64,000 nucleotides of DNA from an uncultured bacterium (GCA_965371805.1 CBDUZW010000007.1:56119-120118), one strand, 5' to 3'; shown: positions 21,607 to 32,448, counted from the first letter of the stretch. A program made the numbers and translations. The notes: generated from the letters alone by a model not told the origin.

Positions 21607-22770
21607 TTAATTATATTTCACAATAACAAAAATATCTGTATTGCCAAATAGTTTTCCGTGATTTGCAAGTTCTATTTTAAGTGTGAAATTTTTTCCTGCA
21701 GGGACAATATCGGTAATATCCAGAGGAGCAAGTTTTCGGTCATCATCTATAGTTTTTGATTTAACACCTATGCCGCCTTTAATACCAGGAAAGTTCTTGT
21801 CATTTATAATAATGGTATCATCAACTGCCCAATTTTCCATTCCACTAAAGTCACCTGATATAAAGACCTTCTGGTCTTCATTGCGAAAAACCTTGACACT
21901 TTTTGTTATATATTTCCATCTAAACTGTCTTTCTTTATTTAAAGGATGACTACTTCTTACTTTAAGAACTGATCTGTCAAAGACCTTATAGTCATTTACT
22001 TTAACTAATCTAAATTCAAGGATTGTTTCATCTCTTTTTACTTTTAAGTCAATAAAATCAATTTTCCGAGAATAAAGTTTGTCTCTCTCTTGATTTAACT
22101 CAGTTCCATTTATGATTTTTTTCCCATTTGCTTCAGTTAAGACATCGCCTTTTTTTATTCCACCATTAAAAAAAACTCCTCCTGGAGTAATACGCATGAT
22201 CTGAATTCCATCCTTAGTCTCTTTCCAATTCACACCATACATTTTGCTGTTTCCACAAACAATATAATTAATTTTTGGTTTTTTGTTTAACTCTTTACTT
22301 ATCTCAGGTTTATCATCTTCTGCAATTACTTCTGAGATTTCCTCTGTTTTTTCATCATTCTTTATATTCTTACTTTCAGTTTTATCAACATTATTTTTAG
22401 GATCTTTAACTAAATTCTTCTTATCTTCTTCTACTTTGTTTTCAATCAACTCAGGTTTTGTTTTCTTCTCATCCTTTTTAATTATTGGTTTTACCTCAAT
22501 TTTTTCGGAATCATCAGAAGTCAAATTCAGTAAATACAAAAAAGAAACAATTAACAATGGCAATACAATAAAAAAAACAGTTTTTTTGAAACGTGATTTT
22601 ATAGCAATTGCATCATTATCAATATATCTATATGAGCAGTTTGAGCATTCGTAAACAAAAGCAGGAATAAAAAGAGCTATCGCTTTTTCCCGAAAATTTG
22701 GATCTGATTTTGACAAAGAAAAACTTTGGCAATTAGGGCATCTGAAAAATTTATCAATTTCAAGTGTCAT
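21607..22770 (-). CDS. Zinc-ribbon / single-TM / PDZ-domain protein (anti-sigma-factor-like architecture)
   Basis: N-terminal CPNCQS…CSNCSY zinc ribbon, then a TM helix and a K/E/D-rich low-complexity linker. A PDZ-like segment follows (GIQIMRITPGGVFFNGGIKKGDVLTEANGKKI). The C-terminal domain is unknown. Confidence 0.5.
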   Translation of the reverse strand: MTLEIDKFFRCPNCQSFSLSKSDPNFREKAIALFIPAFVYECSNCSYRYIDNDAIAIKSRFKKTVFFIVLPLLIVSFLYLLNLTSDDSEKIEVKPIIKKDEKKTKPELIENKVEEDKKNLVKDPKNNVDKTESKNIKNDEKTEEISEVIAEDDKPEISKELNKKPKINYIVCGNSKMYGVNWKETKDGIQIMRITPGGVFFNGGIKKGDVLTEANGKKIINGTELNQERDKLYSRKIDFIDLKVKRDETILEFRLVKVNDYKVFDRSVLKVRSSHPLNKERQFRWKYITKSVKVFRNEDQKVFISGDFSGMENWAVDDTIIINDKNFPGIKGGIGVKSKTIDDDRKLAPLDITDIVPAGKNFTLKIELANHGKLFGNTDIFVIVKYN

Positions 22771-22852
22771 ATCAAATTAAGTTTACAAAATAAATAATAA
22801 AAAATCAAGTAAAAAGATGAGATTTTCACTTTTTATATCTCTTTGAGTTTAG

Positions 22853-23368
22853 TTATTCCACTACTAAAAGGTTATGTCCGGCTAAAATGTTTTCCCCTTC
22901 TTTGACCCCGATTGATTTTATTACCCCGGATATAGGAGATCTGATTTCATTTTCCATTTTCATAGCCTCATGAATTAGAATGATATCGTTCTCTTTTACA
23001 AAGTCACCTACATTAAAGTATATTTTCCTTATACTTCCAGGAATAAAGCTCATGACAATACCAGATCTTTTTGCTTTAATTTTCTTTTCTTTATAATAAA
23101 ACAATTTATCGATTTTTAATAATGAGGAAGGAAAGAATTCTCCATTAACAAAGATTCCAGTAGGATAACCATCACTATCTTTAATGATTTCAACCTGATA
23201 GAGTTTGTTATCAATAAACATTGAATGTACCTCATCTCCATCAGTCTTTCCAATTAAAACTTTTTGAATTTTTTTATTTACCTTTATATCCGTTTCCGAA
23301 TGAAATGTTGCATGATTGGCAACCTCAACATCAAAGTTTTTTTTATTGATTTGAAATTTATATTTCAT
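22853..23368 (-). CDS. Biotin carboxyl carrier protein (biotinyl domain) with N-terminal extension
   Basis: C-terminal EAMKMENEI biotinylation motif. There are ~100 aa of N-terminal sequence of unknown function. Size is 171 aa. Confidence 0.8.
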   Translation of the reverse strand: MKYKFQINKKNFDVEVANHATFHSETDIKVNKKIQKVLIGKTDGDEVHSMFIDNKLYQVEIIKDSDGYPTGIFVNGEFFPSSLLKIDKLFYYKEKKIKAKRSGIVMSFIPGSIRKIYFNVGDFVKENDIILIHEAMKMENEIRSPISGVIKSIGVKEGENILAGHNLLVVE

Positions 23369-23376
23369 TGTTCACC

Positions 23377-24870
23377 TCAAAACCTGTTTATTAGCCGCTT
23401 AAAAAAACCAGGTTGTTTCATCTTTTCAAGTTTAGCTTTATAATTCTTTTTTCTATTCTCCATATGAAAAATAGAAGACAAAAGTGTAGCAGCAATATTC
23501 ATATCGTTTTCACTTTTTTCCATTTTTGAAAAATCGCATTTCAGGTTAATAAAATCTATTATTGTATCTCCTAAATTCAGTGATTTGTTATTTAAAAGAT
23601 GTTTTAAAAAATTCAGGTTTGTCTGGACACCCCTGATCACAATATTATCAAGAAATGTCTTCATATCTCTTATAGCGACTACTCTTTTTTTAGAAAATGT
23701 TAATATTTTACCAATATATGGGTCATAAAAAGGAGAAATCTTAGCTCCATGATATAGATTTGTTTTAAAAATATTACGAATTGTTGAATAATGGAAAAAA
23801 TCTGTAATAACTCCTGAAGAAGGTACAAAACTCTCATACGGGTTTTCTGCCATTAATGATGCTAAAATAACATGGAATTTTGGTTCCACTATCCTGACAC
23901 CTTCAACCTTATGTAATAATTCGCCATTAGAGATTGCAAACTGTTTTTTTATAAAATTGGCAATCTCATGTACTTCAGAAATTAGAGTATTAATCTGAAA
24001 AGTTGGATTTATTTCTGAAAAATAAACCTTTGCTTTTGTTTTCTCCAATATAAAATCAACATATCCAAAACCAGAGTAATTTATTTGTTCAATAATTTTT
24101 TGAGAATCTGAATATATTTTTTTCCTTAACTCAGGCATCAGGTTTACTGATGGAGATTCTTGAAATATCTTCTGGAATCTTCTTTGAATTGAGGATTCAA
24201 TCTCTGGTAAAAAGAGGATGTTACCCTTTATGTCACGGAAAAATGGAACCTCTATTTCATGAGCAAAAGGCAAATATTCCTCTATTATTATTCCTGATTT
24301 TCTGTTTCCTTCATTTCTCAGCATATTTTCAATTTTTTCTAAAACATCACCAATAAAATCAGCAACTTTAATCCCCTTACCACCATACCCACAGTTTGGC
24401 TTAATAATAACTGGAAATTTGAAATCTTTAATTGCAGAATCAATATCTGCTAATTCTTTAATAATAATAGATCTTTTTACTGTATCCAAGCCAATAGATT
24501 CTGCAATTCCTAATAAACTTTCTTTATTCTGAACTGTCTTTAAAACAATTGGGTCGGGACCAATGAAGGCAATATTGTTTTTTTTGCATAATTCAGCAAA
24601 TTCAGGACTCTCAGATAAGAAACCATATCCGGGATGAATGTAGTCAACATCAAGTTCAACAGCCTTTTCTATAATAGAGTTCATGTCAAGATAACTATCC
24701 TCAAGCTTGGATGAGAAAAATTTATAGCTCTTGTCTGCCAGTTTAACAGGTAAGGATAATGAATCTTCAGGCGAGTGAAGTAAAATTGTCTCAAGTCCAA
24801 GACTATTTAATGAGTTAATTATATCTAAGGCAATTACACCTCTATGTGGTATTAAAACTTTTTTTTTCAT
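23377..24870 (-). CDS. accC: Biotin carboxylase subunit (ATP-grasp) of acyl-CoA carboxylase
   Basis: HPGYGFLSE motif and the ATP-grasp fold. Size is 497 aa. It lies between the carboxyltransferase and BCCP genes. Confidence 0.85.
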   Translation of the reverse strand: MKKKVLIPHRGVIALDIINSLNSLGLETILLHSPEDSLSLPVKLADKSYKFFSSKLEDSYLDMNSIIEKAVELDVDYIHPGYGFLSESPEFAELCKKNNIAFIGPDPIVLKTVQNKESLLGIAESIGLDTVKRSIIIKELADIDSAIKDFKFPVIIKPNCGYGGKGIKVADFIGDVLEKIENMLRNEGNRKSGIIIEEYLPFAHEIEVPFFRDIKGNILFLPEIESSIQRRFQKIFQESPSVNLMPELRKKIYSDSQKIIEQINYSGFGYVDFILEKTKAKVYFSEINPTFQINTLISEVHEIANFIKKQFAISNGELLHKVEGVRIVEPKFHVILASLMAENPYESFVPSSGVITDFFHYSTIRNIFKTNLYHGAKISPFYDPYIGKILTFSKKRVVAIRDMKTFLDNIVIRGVQTNLNFLKHLLNNKSLNLGDTIIDFINLKCDFSKMEKSENDMNIAATLLSSIFHMENRKKNYKAKLEKMKQPGFFKRLINRF

Positions 24871-24879
24871 ATCTGACTC

Positions 24880-26433
24880 CTATAGCGGGATATTCCCATG
24901 TTTTTTTGGAGGATTCTTTAAATTTTTATTTTCAAGAGATTCAAGCGCCTTTATTAATTTTGGACGAGTCTCAACTGGAAGAATTATATCATCAATATAT
25001 CCAAATGAAGCTGGGAGTTTTGGGTTTGCAAATTTTTCCTTATACTCAGAGATAAGTCTCTCACGCATTGTTTCAGGTTGTTCAGCAGTAGAGATGTCTT
25101 TTTTGAATATAACATTTATTGCGCCCTGAGGCCCCATAACTGCTATTTCTGCAGTGGGCCAGGCATAAACTATATCTGCACCAAGATGCTTTGAGCTCAT
25201 TACAATATATGCACCACCATAAGATTTTCTTGTTATTACTGTGAGTTTTGGAACAGTTGCTTCTGCGTAGGCATAAATAAGCTTTGCACCATGTTTGATT
25301 ATTCCTGCCTGTTCCTGATCCCTTCCAGGAAGAAATCCCGGAACATCAACAAAACTAACCAGTGGAATATTAAAAGCATCACAAAACCTGATAAATCTTG
25401 CCGCTTTCAAAGATGCATGAACATCTATGGTACCAGCAAAAACAGCCGGGTTATTTGCAATAATACCAACATTTCTCCCACCTAACCTTGAAAAACCGAC
25501 CACTATGTTTTCTGCATAGCGTTGATGAACCTCAAAAAATTTTTCATCATCAACAATAGTCTTGATTAACCCCTTAACATCATAAGGTTTATTTGGATTT
25601 GCAGGAACAATTTCATTTAATTTTTCATCCATTCTGTCAAAAGGATCCATAGAATCAAAATGTGCAGGCATATCAGCATTTGATGACGGAATATATGTCA
25701 GCAATTCCTTTACCATATCCAGTGTGTTTTTTTCGTCATTTCCTACAAAATGAGTTACACCGGAGATTGATGCATGAGAGTCAGCTCCTCCTAGTTCTTC
25801 AAATGTAACCTCTTCTTTATTAACCGCTTTAATTACCTCAGGACCTGTTACAAACATATGAGACTTTTTATCAACCATAAAAACAAAATCAGTAATTCCA
25901 GGTGAATAAACTGCTCCACCGGCACATGGTCCCATAATTACAGATATCTGAGGAATAACTCCTGAAGAAATGGTATTTCTATAAAAAATATCTCCATAGC
26001 CTGCAAGACTGTTTATTCCTTCCTGTATCCTGGCACCACCTGAGTCATTTATTCCTATAAAAGGAGCTCCTGCTTTTAATGCAAGATCCATAACATTTAC
26101 TATTTTTTTTGCATGCATCTCACCAAGTGATCCACCAAGAACAGTAAAATCCTGTGAATATATATATACAATTCTATCATTTACTTTTCCATAGCCAGTA
26201 ATTACGCCATCTCCCATAAACTTTTTCTTCTCAAGACCGAAGTTGGATGAATGATGTTGAATATAACCTTGAAGTTCAACAAAAGTTCCTGGATCAAAGA
26301 AATATTCAATTCTCTGTCTGGCAGTTAATTTCCCCTGATCATTCCTTTTTTTAAGCTTATCAAGACCACCGGCGGCATCTTTTTCTGCTCTTAACTTAAT
26401 TAATTCCTTAATCTTGTTTTTCATATTTGACAC
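24880..26433 (-). CDS. Acyl-CoA carboxylase carboxyltransferase subunit (propionyl-CoA carboxylase beta / methylmalonyl-CoA carboxyltransferase family)
   Basis: Size is 517 aa. N-terminal …LTARQRIEYFFDPGTFVELQ… and a duplicated crotonase-like CT fold typical of the PccB/MmdA family. Confidence 0.85.
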   Translation of the reverse strand: MSNMKNKIKELIKLRAEKDAAGGLDKLKKRNDQGKLTARQRIEYFFDPGTFVELQGYIQHHSSNFGLEKKKFMGDGVITGYGKVNDRIVYIYSQDFTVLGGSLGEMHAKKIVNVMDLALKAGAPFIGINDSGGARIQEGINSLAGYGDIFYRNTISSGVIPQISVIMGPCAGGAVYSPGITDFVFMVDKKSHMFVTGPEVIKAVNKEEVTFEELGGADSHASISGVTHFVGNDEKNTLDMVKELLTYIPSSNADMPAHFDSMDPFDRMDEKLNEIVPANPNKPYDVKGLIKTIVDDEKFFEVHQRYAENIVVGFSRLGGRNVGIIANNPAVFAGTIDVHASLKAARFIRFCDAFNIPLVSFVDVPGFLPGRDQEQAGIIKHGAKLIYAYAEATVPKLTVITRKSYGGAYIVMSSKHLGADIVYAWPTAEIAVMGPQGAINVIFKKDISTAEQPETMRERLISEYKEKFANPKLPASFGYIDDIILPVETRPKLIKALESLENKNLKNPPKKHGNIPL

Positions 26434-26732
26434 TCCTGTTTTCTTAACCCATCGAATTAATACGCTATTTTATAATTTTTTAAACTAAATTGCAAATTTG
26501 GTTATATATATATCACTATATAATTATCCAGTTTTTAATTATTTTAAAGGAAAGAATTTTTAGATTTTTTAATTGTAATATTCGATCTATGTACTAATAG
26601 TAATAAAATAGCTATACATTATTTTACTCGATAATATATAGTATCCCAATATCAAATCTAAATATTTAATATTAAAAATTTCTAAGATAGACTTTTAACA
26701 AACACTACAAACATATCTAAGATCAACTAAAA

Positions 26733-27689
26733 TTATTTTTTTTCATTATTATTCTTCAAAAATGTTTTTATATTTTTTTTAATTTCTTCTGGTTGTTCAA
26801 TCCATGAATAATGTCCTGCTTTTTCAACAAATACCAATTTTGAGTCCTTATAATATCGAGATAAAGTTTGCGCTTTAGATTCGCCAAGCGGGTCCTGTCT
26901 TCCATGTAATATCAATACAGATCCTTTAAATTTTGGATCCTTTTGCGAAAGGTCAAGACCTCTTTTTTTGATATCAGACCATATCCACTGTCCCATTTCA
27001 AAGTTAAAATCAGAGTCTTTCATTGTTTCAGTAACAAATAATGATTTTTCACGATCATAAAAATATCCAGGCATTCTTGCCTTGATTCTTTCAACCAAAC
27101 TATGCTTAGGATACTTTTTTTTTCTTTTTGGGTCATTCCAGAAATCAAATTTTTTATGATCAACTGCCTGCATCCTGGAGGTGATATTATCCAGAAAGTG
27201 TCCAAAACCACTGGTATTTAAGCCCATTGAACCTAAAAGGATTAATGAAGAAGTCGATTGAGGATAATAATGTGCATAAAGCGATGCCACAAAACCACCG
27301 TAGGAAAACCCCAGAACATCCCATTTGTCTACTCCTATTTTCTTTCTAATCTGTTCAAAATCTTTTAAAGTTAGGGAGATTGATATGCTTGTTTCGTTAT
27401 AAATTTTGGGGGAAGATTTACCGGTTCCCCTCTGATCAACTAAAATGCATTGGGCAGTTTTCGATAATACTTCACACAAACTTAAATAGCGATCTGACAC
27501 ATCTCCAGGTCCCCCACCAATTATCAGTATTGGTTTCCCCTCACCAAAAGTCCTATAATATATATCAAGCCCATTCGAATTTACTTTCTGATATTGATTT
27601 GGATAAATAGAAATAATTCCCACTCCTATTATCATAATCATAATTAATATCTTTTTATTCATAACTCCCTCCATTCTTATTCTGAGCAA
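26733..27689 (-). CDS. Secreted alpha/beta hydrolase (proline iminopeptidase/S33-like)
   Basis: GFSYGGF nucleophile elbow and a signal peptide. The likely true start is MNKKIL at ~27662. Confidence 0.7.
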   Translation of the reverse strand: MLRIRMEGVMNKKILIMIMIIGVGIISIYPNQYQKVNSNGLDIYYRTFGEGKPILIIGGGPGDVSDRYLSLCEVLSKTAQCILVDQRGTGKSSPKIYNETSISISLTLKDFEQIRKKIGVDKWDVLGFSYGGFVASLYAHYYPQSTSSLILLGSMGLNTSGFGHFLDNITSRMQAVDHKKFDFWNDPKRKKKYPKHSLVERIKARMPGYFYDREKSLFVTETMKDSDFNFEMGQWIWSDIKKRGLDLSQKDPKFKGSVLILHGRQDPLGESKAQTLSRYYKDSKLVFVEKAGHYSWIEQPEEIKKNIKTFLKNNNEKK

Positions 27690-27996
27690 TTGCCCTTATA
27701 TTTTTCTTTTCCGGAGTACTAATTTGAAGATCAATTCCATCCATTGCAACATTTATTTTATAGTCTTTCTGAAGTAGATAGGTTCCACAATAGGTTTTTA
27801 ATATATCTTTATTTATTGATACTCCCTTTAACCGCAAATCTGGTTGCACATTCTTTCCTTTAGCGAGTGATATCAGGTCCCGATTTATCTGACTTTCCTA
27901 AAACAGGAATACTAATAACCAAAGTAATTGTAATAATCCATCCAACTATCTTTAAATAAAAAATTTTATTCATAACCTCTCCAATTTTAATCCCAT

Positions 27997-29250
27997 TCAT
28001 TTAATTAAAACTTTCATAACAACAATCCCTTTTTTCTTACTCCCTTTTCCCTGGGTATCAGCGATAAAATAGAAAAAATCATCCACTAAAACTCCAGTAG
28101 TAGGGGCTCGCAGATCATCTGTATTCTTTTCAAAAATTTCGCAGCTTTTAATATGATTCGCATCTTTATTTAGTGAAAACCTGCTAACCTGAGTCAATAA
28201 TTCATTCTGAACCGCATATAACTGATTGTTTTTAAAATACAATCCATCAATCCCGAAGGTATGAAAACCAGGTTCCTGAGTTAATAAAGTCACGGATTTT
28301 GTTTTTATGTCTATTTTAAAGATTCCGATATTGGAAGTTGTAAAAATTGCTTTCCCATTTTCTGAAACTGTAATTCCATTGGGACCAGTCAGCAATTTAC
28401 TCTTTAAAAAAAGTTCAAATGAATTTGAATTTTGAGAAATTTTATATATCCCACCGCCTCCTGTATTAGTGACAAAGATATCACCACCAGGATGAATGAC
28501 AAGATCATTAAACATATGATGGCCCTCATCTGAAGACAATTGATATTTTTTAATCAATTTCCCCGTTGAGAGATCATATTTAAATATTCCAGTCCTGAGA
28601 CGACTCTCACCATTTGAACAGGCCCATAGAACACGGCTGACCGGATCTATATGAATCCCGTTCACCCAGCCTAATCCATCCTCTTTGGACTTATGGGTAA
28701 AACTAACTGAATTCCCGAAGGGATCAACTTTGACTATTTTGAAATCACTTCCCAGATAAAACATTTTTTCAACCGGGTCATAGGCAATACCTTCTGTACC
28801 AATTTTTTTGTCTTTTACAACAAATGCAACCTGACTTTTATGAACAGGTTTATCAGAAATTTTCATAATATCCATAATTTTCTTAAACTCTCTTTTTTTC
28901 CGTAGAGAAGTTAAGAGAGGATCATTTCCAGGATGAATTTTAAGCCACCTTATATTTGACGTATATCCAAGTTTAGCCGCTTTCTTCAAATATTTAAAAG
29001 CAGTTTCATTATTTCCCAGTCTTTCATTCAGTCGGGCCATCAAGTAATTTAGCACCGGATGATCTGGAACAACTTTTAAAGCCTCCCTACAAAATTTCAA
29101 AGATGACCGGCATTCAGCCTCAGAACTGGCTGACAGCGCTTTTTTCTGATTTTGATAATAATTCTCATCAATCTGTCCATACAGAGCTAAACAACAAATC
29201 AACCAAGTAATTATAAGAACTGTATTATTAAACTTAGAATATTTTATCAT
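27997..29250 (-). CDS. Secreted TPR + six-bladed beta-propeller (SMP-30/NHL-like) protein
   Basis: Has a signal peptide and N-terminal TPR-like helices. The C-terminus carries repeated beta-propeller-like blades. Size is 417 aa. Confidence 0.45.
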   Translation of the reverse strand: MIKYSKFNNTVLIITWLICCLALYGQIDENYYQNQKKALSASSEAECRSSLKFCREALKVVPDHPVLNYLMARLNERLGNNETAFKYLKKAAKLGYTSNIRWLKIHPGNDPLLTSLRKKREFKKIMDIMKISDKPVHKSQVAFVVKDKKIGTEGIAYDPVEKMFYLGSDFKIVKVDPFGNSVSFTHKSKEDGLGWVNGIHIDPVSRVLWACSNGESRLRTGIFKYDLSTGKLIKKYQLSSDEGHHMFNDLVIHPGGDIFVTNTGGGGIYKISQNSNSFELFLKSKLLTGPNGITVSENGKAIFTTSNIGIFKIDIKTKSVTLLTQEPGFHTFGIDGLYFKNNQLYAVQNELLTQVSRFSLNKDANHIKSCEIFEKNTDDLRAPTTGVLVDDFFYFIADTQGKGSKKKGIVVMKVLIK

Positions 29251-29400
29251 TATATCTCCTTAAATCATTCTTTCCTAAATCTAGTATACGGTATTTTCCA
29301 TAAAATGATTCATCCCAAATAACCTTCTTAGATCAACTCTTATATAAATATTAAAATTTAAATATTGTAAAAGAGAATCTTTCATTTTTTTACAGTTTAA

Positions 29401-30681
29401 TTATTTTTTATTATTTTTTTTTATATGCTCTAACATTTTAACCGCATCATTATGACGTGGCTGTATTTTTATCGATTTCTTGTAAAAACTAACTGCTTTT
29501 TTAATATCTCCTTTCTTAAAATAGGCTGAACCTAAACGATTATAAAAAAAATATGCATTTCGATAAACTTTTATACAGAATTTTAACAATTTTATGCAAT
29601 CAGATATTTTGTTCTTGTCTAATAAATAAGCTGCGAATTTATCTAGCATATAGGGACTGGCATTATATTCCTTTTTTTTTTGTTTTACCATCTTGGCATG
29701 AATTTTAGTTACAGCTTTAATACCTCCTTTTTTATAGGCTCGATAATATTCTGCTTTTGCAGATTTAACAGTATATTTTATTCCTTTAAATCCATAATAA
29801 ACCTGATAGATCCAATCTTCTGTTGCACTCTCTTTATAATTTCTCATTCTTTGTCTTAAAATTTTTCTTTTTATCATCGTTTTCACATTAGTACCTTTTT
29901 CTATCTCTTTGCGAATAATTTCCGTTGAATCCTCAAGTGTTTTCTGCCATACTCTCATTTGCCCCATATTCATATCACGGCCATGACCTGAGATAATTTT
30001 CGTATTATCCGGAAGTAAGTCCAAAGCCTTTTTTACAACTGCAGCGTATTTTGAGCAATCCCCGCTTCGGCCATCATATGAAGGAAGGCGCATACCATAT
30101 GCGTCATCACCTAGATATGCATATCCTGATTTTGTAAAGTGCACCATAATATCATTGTCTGTGTGCCCACCGGCAATTGAAATTATTCGTATTTCTTCAC
30201 CGTTAAAATTAATTGAATGGGAATCTGTTAAAGTGATATCCGGGAAAGCATGTCCTGGGTATTCTTGGAGAATACGGCAATCAGCCTTCATCCTGGATTT
30301 TAATTTTTTATGACCAATTATAATAGGATCCTTTCCAAAAATAAAATTACCGCCTACATGGTCAATATGTTCATGAGTTGATATAATGTAGATCGGTTTC
30401 GCATTTCCAAGTTTTTTTAATTCTTCCACAAACTTTTCTGCAGTTGCTTTAAAACCAGTATCTACCAATAATAAGCCATCTTTTCCAATAAATGCCATCG
30501 TATTAACACCAAAATCAGCATTAAAAGTAATTTTGTAAAGTTTTTCAGTTAACTTAGTGACTCTTACTTTTGTCTGGCTTTGACCATAATTAAATGCTAA
30601 AGAACCAAAAACAAAAAGCAGCAATAAAAAAATTTTAAACAATTTCATGATTTTTCTCCTTGAATAATTTTTTTCATCCAC
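29401..30681 (-). CDS. Secreted MBL-fold metallo-hydrolase with C-terminal TPR domain
   Basis: HEHIDHVGG (HxHxDH) metallo-beta-lactamase motif, a signal peptide and C-terminal TPR-like repeats. Confidence 0.75.
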   Translation of the reverse strand: MDEKNYSRRKIMKLFKIFLLLLFVFGSLAFNYGQSQTKVRVTKLTEKLYKITFNADFGVNTMAFIGKDGLLLVDTGFKATAEKFVEELKKLGNAKPIYIISTHEHIDHVGGNFIFGKDPIIIGHKKLKSRMKADCRILQEYPGHAFPDITLTDSHSINFNGEEIRIISIAGGHTDNDIMVHFTKSGYAYLGDDAYGMRLPSYDGRSGDCSKYAAVVKKALDLLPDNTKIISGHGRDMNMGQMRVWQKTLEDSTEIIRKEIEKGTNVKTMIKRKILRQRMRNYKESATEDWIYQVYYGFKGIKYTVKSAKAEYYRAYKKGGIKAVTKIHAKMVKQKKKEYNASPYMLDKFAAYLLDKNKISDCIKLLKFCIKVYRNAYFFYNRLGSAYFKKGDIKKAVSFYKKSIKIQPRHNDAVKMLEHIKKNNKK

Positions 30682-31157
30682 ATCTCTTTCATTTTAATAT
30701 TCATATCAACAATATTACCACTTTTTATATTTTTTTCATCCTTCCCGATAGGATTGGACACATTAAATTATTTTTTTTTAGATTTCCTATATTTGTTATA
30801 GAAATTCCATTATTTTTTTTGGACATTTTCAGAAAATATAATTATGATTATTGATTTTTAATTAATAAACTAGGTGTTTTACTGTATTTCTCTTAGAGTA
30901 AATGTAATCTGAATTATTCAAAATTTACCTTTCAAATTGAAAATAGTCGTATATCTAATAAAGATAATTTATCTTAAAAGTGATCCTTATTATTATATTT
31001 CTTAATTCTATTGTTTCTTGCCGGCTTTATAATTTACTTCTTTTTTCTTATTACATTTACGATATATAACAATAAAAAACGACTTCTATTTCAAGCACTA
31101 TTCCTATACGTTTACATTTATTAAAAACATTCTCCTCAAGATATTATGAGCTACATT

Positions 31158-32267
31158 TTATCTTAACGTTATACCTTTTAAATCTTCAAATTTTGCTTTA
31201 ATACCCCAGCCGCCGAAACTTTCAGAGATAGCAAACCATAATTCATTATTCCCTTTTTTCAGGGACAGAAATAAGTCATCAAAATATCCTATGGTACCAA
31301 GATAACGGTAGTCCCGTGAGCGATAAAAATTATTCCCTGAATAAAGCAATCTATCATTTAAATACACTTTCACAAAATCACTATAGCCAAAACTTATCTT
31401 TTTTGTAATTGCCGATTCAGCAAAAACAATAACCTTTGCAAAGACTGTATTGTTATCTTTAGTTAATTTATTAACCCTCGCAAGATTTACAGTTCCAGAA
31501 TTTTCAGAATCCATGATAGCCCAATTTGTATTCTTTTTGACCATTTTTTCAAGCTTTACTATATTATTAAGAACTTTATTATTAAAACTTTTTGATATTG
31601 ACCACTTTCTAACTGTTCCTGCAGGAATTGGAAGCAATGTTTTCGGTTTTGATTTTAATTCAGGTTTATCTATATTTTTGAAGCTGAAATCAGCTATATG
31701 CGCAGGTGCAAAATTATTTACCTTAATACCTACCTTACCTGCTTTTAACTCTCTCTTCATTTCATTTATCACTAAGACAGGTTTTTTCATATCATCAATA
31801 TAAATTTCGCCTCTTTTCCCCGAGACAATTATTTTAACATGCATCCATTTGTTAAATTTATATTTAACCGCGGCACCATATCCATCTCCATGATAAAGCT
31901 GCCAACCGGCTAAACCATTAAATATTGGTGTATACTGATTTGCATCAGGATTACCTGACTGATGAGCACGCATATAAAATTCTTCATAATTTTCCAAATC
32001 CTGCAATCGCCAGACGGCTCCATTAAAGCCACGTCTATTTTCAAAATTTACATCATATTCAATTATTCCATTTTTAAAGTTTGAATCCTTGATAAATGCA
32101 ATCCCACCCTGAAGAAATAAACTATCTTTTTCCATAAATTTCTCTTGTTTGGTAATTCTGGCTGTAATCTCCCACCGATCAGAATTAAAAGGAATAACCT
32201 GAGCAAAAACCATTGAATTGAAAATAATAATTAAACTTAGTATCATAACATTGACTTTATTTTTCAT
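31158..32267 (-). CDS. Secreted hypothetical protein (possible concanavalin-like/DUF1080-type domain)
   Basis: Has a signal peptide. Size is 369 aa. No catalytic motif is recognisable. Confidence 0.4.
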   Translation of the reverse strand: MKNKVNVMILSLIIIFNSMVFAQVIPFNSDRWEITARITKQEKFMEKDSLFLQGGIAFIKDSNFKNGIIEYDVNFENRRGFNGAVWRLQDLENYEEFYMRAHQSGNPDANQYTPIFNGLAGWQLYHGDGYGAAVKYKFNKWMHVKIIVSGKRGEIYIDDMKKPVLVINEMKRELKAGKVGIKVNNFAPAHIADFSFKNIDKPELKSKPKTLLPIPAGTVRKWSISKSFNNKVLNNIVKLEKMVKKNTNWAIMDSENSGTVNLARVNKLTKDNNTVFAKVIVFAESAITKKISFGYSDFVKVYLNDRLLYSGNNFYRSRDYRYLGTIGYFDDLFLSLKKGNNELWFAISESFGGWGIKAKFEDLKGITLR

Positions 32268-32448
32268 TGCATAGCCTCCTTAAGACAAGATTGCAAAATT
32301 CTTTTTCCCAGTTCATGTTAATAATAAAAAAAAAAAAATCATGAGTCAATAGCTGAAATCAAAAAATTAATATTAAAAGCAATTATAAATACAAATTTGA
32401 CAAGTATATAAATTTAGAATAATATTTTCTATTATATAGGGGTATTAA

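Noticed and set aside
26434-26732. Possible CRISPR or repeat structure in AT-rich intergenic regions (also 30682-31157 and 20606-20798)
   Set aside because: No regularly spaced direct repeats were found. The regions are simple AT-rich promoter-type sequence.
27655-27849. 64-aa ORF between the TPR-propeller gene and the alpha/beta hydrolase
   Set aside because: It overlaps the annotated hydrolase start in another frame. The hydrolase more plausibly starts at MNKKIL (27662). The ORF could be a small real protein, but there is no supporting motif or RBS.
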